64,000 nt of DNA from an uncultured Planctomycetia bacterium (lineage in GTDB: Bacteria; Omnitrophota; Gorgyraeia; CAYWPX01), in contig CAYWPX010000003.1 of NCBI GenBank assembly GCA_964460615.1, positions 25,343 through 89,342 of the forward strand, in the 5' to 3' direction. Each line of letters opens with the position of its first letter. Within the stretch, counting starts at the first letter, position 1. This document shows positions 8,673-17,348 of this stretch, piece after piece. Position numbers and translations under genes: made by a program. The notes beneath the pieces are model-generated. The model worked only from the letters and a program-made list of their open reading frames with translations, searched no databases and was not told the DNA's origin.

Positions 8673-8879
8673 TTAAAATTTATTCCTTATTTTTCCAACC
8701 CCCAATTCCTCCATTCCTACGGACAGATCCTTATTTACCCGGACCTCTCCGTCAGAATTAAACGGAATGTTGGAACAGCCGGTTATTGAAAGCATTGTTA
8801 TTGCAATAAAAAAAATAGAGATAGCGCATTTTTTTACATATTTTGAAATCAAATCTGTAAAATTTTGGCCTATCTCCAT
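8673..8879 (-). CDS. Small putative lipoprotein (68 aa)
   Basis: KK n-region, hydrophobic stretch and a lipobox-like LSITGC. Short and uncharacterised. Confidence 0.35.
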   Translation of the reverse strand: MEIGQNFTDLISKYVKKCAISIFFIAITMLSITGCSNIPFNSDGEVRVNKDLSVGMEELGVGKIRNKF

Positions 8880-8896
8880 TTGTAAATAACCCCAAA

Positions 8897-9415
8897 TTAA
8901 TACGTGATAACAGTCTGTACGTTATAACCCTCTAATTTTTTTCTGCCGTTAAGAAAAGATAATTCAATAAGAAACCCTATGCCCACTATTTTACCTTTTT
9001 GATTTTTTACTAATTCAGTTACAGCTTCTACAGTTCCACCGGTAGCAAGGAGATCATCCACTATAAGGATATTTGATCCGGGTTTTATGGCATCTTCATG
9101 GATCTCAAGGGTGTCTTGGCCATACTCCAGGTCGTAAGTTGCTTTCATGGTTTTATAAGGAAGTTTGCCTTTTTTTCTGACCGGTATGATGCCTGCGCCC
9201 AGTTTATAGGCGATCGCAGATCCAAATATAAATCCGCGGGATTCAACACTTACTACGGCGTCGATCTTGCAATTACTAAATTTACCAGTAATTGCGTCAA
9301 TAGAATCTCTAAACAGCTTCCCTTCTTTTAATAGCGGGGTGATATCCTTAAATATAATTCCTTTTTTTGGAAAATCCGGCACATCTCTAATAACACTTTT
9401 TAAAGCAATGTCCAT
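8897..9415 (-). CDS. apt: Adenine phosphoribosyltransferase
   Basis: Type I PRTase PRPP-binding motif ILIVDDLLATGGT. Length and N-terminus are typical of Apt. GGAGG SD upstream. Confidence 0.9.
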   Translation of the reverse strand: MDIALKSVIRDVPDFPKKGIIFKDITPLLKEGKLFRDSIDAITGKFSNCKIDAVVSVESRGFIFGSAIAYKLGAGIIPVRKKGKLPYKTMKATYDLEYGQDTLEIHEDAIKPGSNILIVDDLLATGGTVEAVTELVKNQKGKIVGIGFLIELSFLNGRKKLEGYNVQTVITY

Positions 9416-9458
9416 TTAACCCTCCAAATTATACCGTAAGACTACATATTTTAAGTCA

Positions 9459-9521
9459 CAGGTCTCAGGTTGCAGGTCTCAGGTTTTAAAACTTGCAACC
9501 TGTGGCGTGTGGCATGTGGCG
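9459..9521. repeat. Intergenic direct repeats: a 13-mer x2 (CAGGTCTCAGGTT), then TGTGGCG TGTGGCA TGTGGCG heptamers, overlapping an imperfect hairpin
   Basis: Direct reading of the sigma-apt intergenic region. Confidence 0.5.
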
Positions 9522-9527
9522 ATTATT

Positions 9528-10352
9528 TTAGGTCTTTAAATTCATTTCCTGCTTTTTGATGAATGCCCGCAATTTTTTGATAGAGGCCTCTTCTATCTGG
9601 CGAACTCTCTCTCTCGTAATACCAAATTTTTTGGCACTATTACTCAGGGTTTGAGTAACACCATCTTTGAGTCCGAACCTCAGAGTTAAAATCTTTCTTT
9701 CTCTGGGAGTAAGCTTACCAAGCAAATCTTTAATTCGCTCGGATTGCAGAAAATCCACGATATCTTTTTGCTCGGTAGCTATCATATCGTCACCGATCAG
9801 GTCCATGAACTGAGCGTTGCTTCCTTCATCGCCAATAGGAGCGTTTAAAGATGATATTTTGGCAACCATTTTATTTAATAAGCGGACTCTTTTTAAGGAT
9901 ATTTTCATTTTCTTGGCAATTTCGCTCATCCTGGGTTTTCTACGTAGCTTATGAGAAAGTTCTTCGGAAGTTTTTTTAAAGCGCATAGCAAGCTCGACCA
10001 TATAAACAGGGATCCTTATAGTCTTGCCCTGGTTAGCTATGGCTCTTGTAATGAACTGGCGGATCCACCAAGCGCCATATGTTGAGAACCTAAAACCTTT
10101 TTTTGGATTATATTTTTCCACGGCTTTCATTAGACCAATATTACCTTCCTCGATAAGGTCCATGATCGGAACGCCAAGGTAGCTATAACGTTTTGCAATG
10201 TTTATTACTAACCGGAGGTTGGAGCGGATCATTTTGTTGCGGGCGGCTCGATTGCCTTTTTTTATTTTTGTTGCGAGGTCGTATTCTTCGTCGGCGGTCA
10301 GGAGAGGTATGTTTTTTATATCTTTAATATAAAGCTTAATAGGTTCAGTCAT
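9528..10352 (-). CDS. RNA polymerase sigma-70 family factor (RpoD/RpoS-like, regions 2-4, no region 1.1)
   Basis: Region 2.4-like TYGAWWIRQFITRAIANQGKTIRIPVYM and C-terminal region 4 HTH. Confidence 0.85.
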   Translation of the reverse strand: MTEPIKLYIKDIKNIPLLTADEEYDLATKIKKGNRAARNKMIRSNLRLVINIAKRYSYLGVPIMDLIEEGNIGLMKAVEKYNPKKGFRFSTYGAWWIRQFITRAIANQGKTIRIPVYMVELAMRFKKTSEELSHKLRRKPRMSEIAKKMKISLKRVRLLNKMVAKISSLNAPIGDEGSNAQFMDLIGDDMIATEQKDIVDFLQSERIKDLLGKLTPRERKILTLRFGLKDGVTQTLSNSAKKFGITRERVRQIEEASIKKLRAFIKKQEMNLKT

Positions 10353-10473
10353 ATTTCTTTCTTTTAGCCTATTTAGTTACTTTTAGCAACAATTTATTGA
10401 AATCGTTTTACTTTTCTAATAAGTACTTGCGCTGGCCGTAGTTATGACCAGCACAAGTAATTATTAAAGGTAA

Positions 10474-13233
10474 TTATTTCTTAGAACTTAAAACTGCTTT
10501 TGCAGCAGCTAAACGTGCTATAGGAACTCTGAATGGAGAGCAGCTTACATAATTCATACCGACTTTATGGCAAAATTCTATAGAAGCAGGATCTCCTCCA
10601 TGTTCTCCGCAGATACCTACTTTTAGGTCTTTCTTTGTTTTACGGCCTCTTTCAATACCTATTTTGATCAACTCTCCGATGCCTTCCTGATCAATTGTCT
10701 GGAATGGATCATTTGGAAGGATCTTTTTGTCTAGGTAGTCAGGTAAAAATCCCCCGATATCATCTCTCGAAAAACCAAAACCCATTTGAGTTAGGTCGTT
10801 GGTCCCGAAAGAGAAGAACTCGGCTGACCGGGCTATTTTATCTGCTACTAAAGCAGCTCTTGGTATTTCGATCATTGTGCCGACCATATGAGGTAGGGTC
10901 TTGAGATTGTATTTCTTCAGAACTTCCTGATATACTTTCTCAAAAATAGCATACTGATTTTTTAGTTCTGATTCAGCGCACACGACCGGTATCATTATTT
11001 CAGGATAGACTTTTTTGCCTGACTTAATGAGCTCAGCCGCTGATTCAAGGATCGCCCTGATCTGCATCTCGCTGACCTCGGGATATGTAATACCAAGCCT
11101 TACTCCGCGATGTCCCATCATAGGGTTTGATTCTCGAAGTACTTTGGCTCTATTTTCAAGCTCATCCATACTGATATTTAAGCTCTGAGCAAGTTCTTTA
11201 AGCTGTTCTTCCTGGTGAGGAACAAATTCATGAAGCGGCGGATCAAGAAGCCTTATTGTTACCGGGCATCCTTCCATTGCTTCCATAGTTCCTTTCATAT
11301 CAGATTTAACAAATGGGAACAATTCATTAAGAGCCGCACGTCTCTCATCAGCAGTTTTAGATACGATCATTTTTCTGAGCAAGAATAGAGGTTTCTCCGA
11401 GTTTTTTCCATAGAACATATGTTCTGTTCTGAATAACCCGATCCCTTCAGCACCGAAGATCCTGGCCTTCTTTGCATCTTCCGGAGTATCTGCATTTGTT
11501 CTTACTTTAAGTTTTCTGATACCATCACAAACCTTAAGAAATGCAAAAAGAAGGTCGTTCTCTTCAGTGGCATCCATCATCGGGAGTTTGCCTTCGTATA
11601 TGGCTCCTTTTGAACCATTAAGAGTGATCCAATCGCCTTCTTTGAGTTCTTTTTCGCCGACATGAAGAGTTCTATGTTCCATGTCAATATGAACCTCTGA
11701 ACATCCTACTATGCAGCATTTTCCCCATCCTCTTGCTACAAGCGCAGCGTGCGAAGTCATGCCGCCTCTGGCGGTCAGAATCCCTTCGGCTGCTCTCATA
11801 CCCTCAACATCCTCAGGGTTTGTCTCTTCTCTGACAAGTATTACGCGTTTACCTTCTTTTCTCCACAGAACGGCATCATTCGCGGTAAGTACTATCATCC
11901 CCGCTGCGCCGCCAGGGCCGGCTGGTAGACCTTTTGCAAGAGGTTTTGTCTTAAGCTCGACTTTTGGATCAATGATCGGGTGTAAAAGCTCGTCAAGCTG
12001 AGCAGGGCTTACTCTCTGCACTGCCTCTTCCTTGGTTATGAATTTAACCTTAAGCATATCCATAGCCATTTTAACGGCTGCTGGGCCGTTTCTTTTGCCT
12101 ATGCGGCATTGTAGGATAAAAAGCTTGCCTTTTTCAATAGTAAATTCGATATCCTGCATGTCTCTGTAATGCTTTTCAAGCCTATCCTGGATTGAATAGA
12201 GCTCTTTGTAGATACCAGGCATCGTCTCTTCGAGTGATTTAAGGTTTTTATTATATTCACTAGTTGAGTATTTATTAACAGGCGCAGGAGTTCTGATACC
12301 GGCAACAACATCTTCTCCCTGGGCGTTGATAAGATATTCTCCGTAAAAATTCTTTTCACCGTTTCCGGGATTTCTGGTGAACGCTACTCCGGTAGCGCTA
12401 TCCTCACCCATATTACCGAATACCATTGATTGAACTGTAACTGCTGTTCCCCATTCATCCGGTATGCTTTCTATTTTTCTGTATGAAATAGCTCTTCTAC
12501 CGTTCCATGACGCAAAAACAGCGCTTATACCGCCCCAAAGCTGGTCATTGTGGCTATCCGGGAATTCTTTACCAAGAACTTCTTTGATCCTTTTTTTGAA
12601 AAGAGAACAAAGTTCTTTTAGGTCATTGGCATTAAGATCTGTGTCGCTTTTGGCGTTTTTGTCTTTCTTCATCTTCGCCATGATCTTTTCAAGCTGTTTG
12701 CGTATGCCCATTTCATCGTTTTCAGGCTCAATTCCGGCAGCCTTTTCCATGACAACGTCAGAATACATCATGATTAGCCGTCTATAAGCGTCATAGACAA
12801 ATCTCTCATTGCCTGTTTCTTTTACTAAGCCCGGGATCGTCTTTTCAGTCAGGCCTACGTTTAGTACCGTTTCCATCATGCCAGGCATTGATTTTCGTGC
12901 GCCTGATCGTACAGAAACAAGTAATGGTTTAACGGGATCGCCGAACTTCCTGCCCATTATCCCTTCAATCTTTCTGACTGCGTTTTCAACTTCCAACTTC
13001 AGGCTTGTAGGGTACTTTCTGCCATTCGCATAGTAATAAGTACAAACCTCTGTTGTGATAGTAAATCCTGGTGGTACTGGAAGCTTAAGCTTCGGATGCC
13101 CCGCCATTTCTGCTAAGTTTGCGCCTTTTCCTCCGAGAAGATTCTTCATTGACTCATTCCCGTCAGCCTTGCCGCCCCCGAAAGAATAAACCATCTTCTT
13201 GGGTGTGCTTTTCGTAGATGCTTTCGAACCCAT
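10474..13233 (-). CDS. ppdK: Pyruvate, phosphate dikinase
   Basis: 919 aa. N-terminal ATP-grasp, central phospho-His domain (GGMTSHAALVARGWGKCCIVG) and C-terminal PEP-utilising TIM barrel. Confidence 0.95.
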   Translation of the reverse strand: MGSKASTKSTPKKMVYSFGGGKADGNESMKNLLGGKGANLAEMAGHPKLKLPVPPGFTITTEVCTYYYANGRKYPTSLKLEVENAVRKIEGIMGRKFGDPVKPLLVSVRSGARKSMPGMMETVLNVGLTEKTIPGLVKETGNERFVYDAYRRLIMMYSDVVMEKAAGIEPENDEMGIRKQLEKIMAKMKKDKNAKSDTDLNANDLKELCSLFKKRIKEVLGKEFPDSHNDQLWGGISAVFASWNGRRAISYRKIESIPDEWGTAVTVQSMVFGNMGEDSATGVAFTRNPGNGEKNFYGEYLINAQGEDVVAGIRTPAPVNKYSTSEYNKNLKSLEETMPGIYKELYSIQDRLEKHYRDMQDIEFTIEKGKLFILQCRIGKRNGPAAVKMAMDMLKVKFITKEEAVQRVSPAQLDELLHPIIDPKVELKTKPLAKGLPAGPGGAAGMIVLTANDAVLWRKEGKRVILVREETNPEDVEGMRAAEGILTARGGMTSHAALVARGWGKCCIVGCSEVHIDMEHRTLHVGEKELKEGDWITLNGSKGAIYEGKLPMMDATEENDLLFAFLKVCDGIRKLKVRTNADTPEDAKKARIFGAEGIGLFRTEHMFYGKNSEKPLFLLRKMIVSKTADERRAALNELFPFVKSDMKGTMEAMEGCPVTIRLLDPPLHEFVPHQEEQLKELAQSLNISMDELENRAKVLRESNPMMGHRGVRLGITYPEVSEMQIRAILESAAELIKSGKKVYPEIMIPVVCAESELKNQYAIFEKVYQEVLKKYNLKTLPHMVGTMIEIPRAALVADKIARSAEFFSFGTNDLTQMGFGFSRDDIGGFLPDYLDKKILPNDPFQTIDQEGIGELIKIGIERGRKTKKDLKVGICGEHGGDPASIEFCHKVGMNYVSCSPFRVPIARLAAAKAVLSSKK

Positions 13234-13441
13234 TTTACTAACTACTCCTTTCCTTGTACTTTTGCCGCTTTGATGTCCAACCTTCTATAGGTTAGGACCT
13301 TTCCTAAGTCAGGCAAAAGTATTATTTAAAAGTTTTGACCATTAGGCCAAAATATCATCATTGCCATTTAGGTGCTATCCTATCCGACCAATAATTCCTT
13401 ACCCAATTTTAATTCAAAACAGAATAATTGCAACAAAAATT

Positions 13442-14749
13442 TTAATTAATACTGAGTTTATCTTCCAGGTATTTCTTTAGATTCTCAATATCGATTCTTT
13501 CCTGAAGCATTGTATCGCGATCACGTACAGTAACTTTCTTGTCCTCCAGGCTTTGTACGTCTATGGTAACACAATAAAGCGTCCCGATCTCATCCTGTCT
13601 TCGGTAAAGTTTGCCAATGCTGGCTGTATCGTCATATTTGGTGGCAAAGCTCTTTTTAAGATTGGCGCTAATACTCTTTGCTACTTCTACGATTTGAGGC
13701 CTATTCTTAAGAAGCGGTAAAACGGCTACCTTAATAGGAGCCAGTTCTTTATCAAAACCCATTACTACTCTTATGTCGTCCTTAACTTTTTCCTCGCGGT
13801 ATGCATTGGCCAAAAAAGCAAGAGTTGCCCTATCAACACCTCCCGAAGGCTCAATAACATATGGGATATAGCTCTCTTTCTTCTCCTGGTCGAAATATTT
13901 AAGTTCTTTCCCGCTGACCTCAGTATGTCGTTTAAGGTCAAAATCAGTCCTATTGGCTATTCCTTCGAGCTCAGACCACCCGAAAGGGAATTTGTACTCG
14001 ATATCTGCGCATCCTTTGGCATAATGGGCTAACTCGTCCTTTTCATGATGGCGGATACGAAGATTTTCCTTATTCATCCCTAGGTTGATATACCACTCAT
14101 ATCTTTCATTTATCCAGTATTCGTGCCACTTCTCACTGGTTTCGGGTTGCACAAAAAACTCTATTTCCATCTGCTCGAATTCTCTGGTCCTGAAAGTAAA
14201 GTTCCCAGGTGTTATTTCGTTCCTGAATGATTTTCCTATCTGAGCTATACCAAATGGTAGTTTCTTTCTGGATGAATCGAGAACATTTAAAAAATTGACG
14301 AAAATACCTTGAGCTGTTTCAGGCCTTAAATATGTTTTTGCAGCTTCATCTTCTAATGGGCCTAAAAAAGTTTTTAACATTAAATTAAAAAGCCTTCCTT
14401 CGGTAAGTTCGCCCCCGCATTCCGGGCATTTACCTTTCACGTGGTCAGCGCGGAACCTTTTTTTGCAGGATTTGCAGTCGACCAGCATATCTGCAAAGCC
14501 CTCTACGTGCCCTGATGCTTTCCATGTATCAGGATGCATGATAATGGCGCAATCTAATCCTTCCATATCATCCCTCAGAAGGACATTTCTTCTCCACCAG
14601 GAATTTTTAACATTACGCTTCAGCTCAGCCCCAAGCGGTCCGTAATCCCACATCCCTCCCACGCCGCCGTATATTTCAGATCCCTGAAATATAAAGCCGC
14701 GTCTTTTGCACAGCGAGACGAGCTTGTCCATCAAATTGATTTCTTGCAT
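13442..14749 (-). CDS. glyQS: Glycine--tRNA ligase, dimeric alpha2 type
   Basis: 435 aa class II aaRS. N-terminus (LCKRRGFIFQGSEIYGG...) and C-terminal anticodon-binding domain are typical of alpha2 GlyRS. Confidence 0.9.
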   Translation of the reverse strand: MQEINLMDKLVSLCKRRGFIFQGSEIYGGVGGMWDYGPLGAELKRNVKNSWWRRNVLLRDDMEGLDCAIIMHPDTWKASGHVEGFADMLVDCKSCKKRFRADHVKGKCPECGGELTEGRLFNLMLKTFLGPLEDEAAKTYLRPETAQGIFVNFLNVLDSSRKKLPFGIAQIGKSFRNEITPGNFTFRTREFEQMEIEFFVQPETSEKWHEYWINERYEWYINLGMNKENLRIRHHEKDELAHYAKGCADIEYKFPFGWSELEGIANRTDFDLKRHTEVSGKELKYFDQEKKESYIPYVIEPSGGVDRATLAFLANAYREEKVKDDIRVVMGFDKELAPIKVAVLPLLKNRPQIVEVAKSISANLKKSFATKYDDTASIGKLYRRQDEIGTLYCVTIDVQSLEDKKVTVRDRDTMLQERIDIENLKKYLEDKLSIN

Positions 14750-14750
14750 T

Positions 14751-15497
14751 TTAACTGACCTTTCTAATAAACTCTACTGATCTTAGTGGTTTATTTAACT
14801 GAAAATCTATAAAACTCCTGAGCAGTTTTTCCAGCTCTTTGCCTACGTCGCTGGAAACCTTGATCCTGGATACCCTGTCAAGCCCAAGCCTCGATATATG
14901 GCTTATAAATTGGATCGTACCAGGTAAAACTTTAATAGCGTTTTTGGCTTTGATAGAACATTCCTTATCAAGCGTACCGCCGGAAAAGTTACTGAAATAT
15001 ACTTCTTTGTTGATATCTTTTCCGCAAATAGAACACATATCCATTATAGGCATTAGCCCCAAAAGTTCCAAGAGTTTTATCTCAAAGATCCTGGCAACTC
15101 TTTTTGGGCTCGAATCCCCTGACAACAACCTTAAACATTCATTGAGCAGGCTAAAAAGAGCCGGATTGGGCTCCTGAGGTTCGGAAAAATTATCAACCAG
15201 GTCTATCAGATACATTGCCGTTGTGATCTTATCAAAATCATGCCTGATCTTGGAAAAAAAATCCTTCAGATCGCATTGGGAGACTATGAATAGATCAGAT
15301 TTTCTTTTATCGTAAAATACTATCTGATTAAGGCTGAATAATTGCGGTATCCCCTGGCTCGATGCTCTTTCGCCCCGAACACCTTTAATGACCCCGTGTA
15401 TCTTACCAAAATCCTTAGTAAAAAAAGTAACTATAAGGCTTGTTTGCCGCAGATCACGTTTCTTAAGTAACACGCCTTCAGTTTTCTGGATTGGCAT
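14751..15497 (-). CDS. recO: DNA repair protein RecO
   Basis: N-terminal OB fold (GVLLKKRDLRQTSLIVTFFTKDFGKIHGVIKG) and a C-terminal Cys-containing segment. 2-nt gap from glyQS. Confidence 0.8.
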   Translation of the reverse strand: MPIQKTEGVLLKKRDLRQTSLIVTFFTKDFGKIHGVIKGVRGERASSQGIPQLFSLNQIVFYDKRKSDLFIVSQCDLKDFFSKIRHDFDKITTAMYLIDLVDNFSEPQEPNPALFSLLNECLRLLSGDSSPKRVARIFEIKLLELLGLMPIMDMCSICGKDINKEVYFSNFSGGTLDKECSIKAKNAIKVLPGTIQFISHISRLGLDRVSRIKVSSDVGKELEKLLRSFIDFQLNKPLRSVEFIRKVS

Positions 15498-15514
15498 TTT
15501 AATAAAAATAAAAT

Positions 15515-16189
15515 TTAAGCTTCAAATGTTTTATCTGAAACAACGCCTAACTTGTCCTTATGTTCTACGATTCCACCTGAAATAATGATCTTCATTGCCT
15601 CTTCAATAGAAATATTAAGGATTATTAGTTCATTTTTAGGTGTAAAGACAAAAAAACCCGTAGCGGGATTCGGAACAGACCCTATGTAAACTGCCACACA
15701 GTTTTTGTTTTGAAGTTTGTTCTCAATATCTGGAAACAGAGTTTCGTTTGTCAAAAATCCCAGTGAGTATATGCCTTTTCTCGGGTATTCGATCAATACC
15801 ACGGCCTTAAACATATTTTTGCCGCCCTGGCCTAAAAATGCCGACGTGATCTCCTTTGATGCAGAGTATATTTTTCTGACCAAAGGGACATTAAGGAATA
15901 TACCTTCTGTCAATCGGAGTGCCTTTCGGACTATAAAAATTTTTGTTGCCAATCCCAATAAAATCACCAGCATTATTACTACAATAAAAATCGTGACCTT
16001 GGATAAAAATATTAAATAAGGCCTTGCGATAAACGGTTTTAGCGTATCGAATGTATTTGTTATAGGTTCAAGTAATATGCCGTTTAGTTTTGAGAGTAAA
16101 AAACTGAGAATGAATATTGTTATAAATGCAGGAAACAGGACAGCAATCCCGGTGACAAAATTATTCCAGATCCTTTTACCTATGCTCAT
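15515..16189 (-). CDS. DUF502 family membrane protein
   Basis: Two N-terminal TM helices and a conserved DUF502-like core (GGKNMFKAVVLIEYPRKG). Confidence 0.7.
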   Translation of the reverse strand: MSIGKRIWNNFVTGIAVLFPAFITIFILSFLLSKLNGILLEPITNTFDTLKPFIARPYLIFLSKVTIFIVVIMLVILLGLATKIFIVRKALRLTEGIFLNVPLVRKIYSASKEITSAFLGQGGKNMFKAVVLIEYPRKGIYSLGFLTNETLFPDIENKLQNKNCVAVYIGSVPNPATGFFVFTPKNELIILNISIEEAMKIIISGGIVEHKDKLGVVSDKTFEA

Positions 16190-16192
16190 AAG

Positions 16193-16894
16193 TTATCTAC
16201 CTATCAGTTGAAAAACTAAAAGAGTTGTTATTGCGCCTAACAGTGCGCCGGCTATCACCTCAAGGTTGGTATGAATTGATTGTTTTACTCTGCTTCGAGC
16301 AACCAGAAATGCCATTATAAAACTTAAAATAATGATCAATGGGTTCTCGGTCACTATGGAGATTATCATCCATATCGAAAATGAAAGCGCGGCATGCCCG
16401 CTCGGCATCCCCCCTCTTAAAGGGGTGCCTTTTTGGAAAAAAACCTTCCCGATGATAACAAAAGAGATGACTAAGGTCAAGGATATAAGCGTAATATGCC
16501 AGTCCGAATGCCTTATTTTAAAAAGCCCGTTTTCAAGGGGAAGGAACAGGTGTTTGGAAAAAATAAGATAGCCTACGATAACCGCATATATTGATGCAAG
16601 GAATACTGCACCCGCTGCCACGTCCTTAACGATTCTAGCCAGTATATGGTAAGAATCGCCTATCAGATCAACGGTCAGCTCAATGGCAGTATTGATCATT
16701 TCGGATAAGAGGACGAATATTATGGCGCTTCCTACAATAAGCACTTCCGTTGATTCCAGATTCAAAAGAATACTTAATAGTATCACTAAAACAGAAAATA
16801 AAAAGTGTATCCTCATATTACGCTGCGTTTTGACAACATATATAAATCCTTCAATTGCGCAGTTAAAACTTTCAACAAAATTATTTTTTTTCAT
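16193..16894 (-). CDS. dgkA: Diacylglycerol kinase (DgkA-type) fused to PAP2 phosphatase domain
   Basis: N-terminal prokaryotic DAGK-like region (AIEGFIYVVKTQRNMRIH). C-terminal PAP2 motifs PSGH and SRV...H. Confidence 0.75.
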   Translation of the reverse strand: MKKNNFVESFNCAIEGFIYVVKTQRNMRIHFLFSVLVILLSILLNLESTEVLIVGSAIIFVLLSEMINTAIELTVDLIGDSYHILARIVKDVAAGAVFLASIYAVIVGYLIFSKHLFLPLENGLFKIRHSDWHITLISLTLVISFVIIGKVFFQKGTPLRGGMPSGHAALSFSIWMIISIVTENPLIIILSFIMAFLVARSRVKQSIHTNLEVIAGALLGAITTLLVFQLIGR

Positions 16895-17335
16895 TTAGAC
16901 CTTATTCAATATATCATTTTGTTTTTTGAACATGATTATTTTTTTGCCTGGTGTCTCATCGTCATAGCCCAGCAAATGCAGAATTCCATGTATAATATAC
17001 GTTGTCAATTCGGTTTTATAGGAATTATTGTATTTTTGAGCAACTTTTTTTGCACGTTCCGCCGAAATGGCAATATCGCCTAAAAAACCCTTATATCCAT
17101 TCAGAGGCGTTTTGCAGTTAAATTCGGCAAAAGAAAGAACATCTGTAAATCTGTTGCTGTTTCTAAACCGACGGTTAAGTTTTTTTACAGCCTTGTCATT
17201 CAGAAAAAAAATTGAGAAACTGCAATTTTTTCTTATTTTTTCAAATTTTATGACTGATCTTGCGATATAAGTAATCTCTTTATTTTTTAACGGCAGAGGG
17301 AAAGATTTAAAGATATTAATTTTATGATTACTCAT
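16895..17335 (-). CDS. ybeY: Endoribonuclease YbeY (rRNA maturation factor). Start set at internal ATG 17335. The track ORF extends to 17392, overlapping pgpH.
   Basis: HGILHLLGYDDE zinc-binding motif and TDVLSF motif. The internal ATG gives 147 aa and aligns with E. coli YbeY spacing. Confidence 0.8.
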   Translation of the reverse strand: MSNHKINIFKSFPLPLKNKEITYIARSVIKFEKIRKNCSFSIFFLNDKAVKKLNRRFRNSNRFTDVLSFAEFNCKTPLNGYKGFLGDIAISAERAKKVAQKYNNSYKTELTTYIIHGILHLLGYDDETPGKKIIMFKKQNDILNKV

Positions 17336-17348
17336 CGGCAAAGTAAAT

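Noticed and set aside
13234-13441. Structured 5' leader of ppdK (9-bp inverted repeat ACTTTTGCC..GGCAAAAGT around a 55-nt loop)
   Set aside because: Single modest stem with no terminator or anti-terminator alternative, and no similarity to known riboswitch classes by eye. Probably an ordinary leader or sigma-factor terminator region. Not strong enough to report as a finding.
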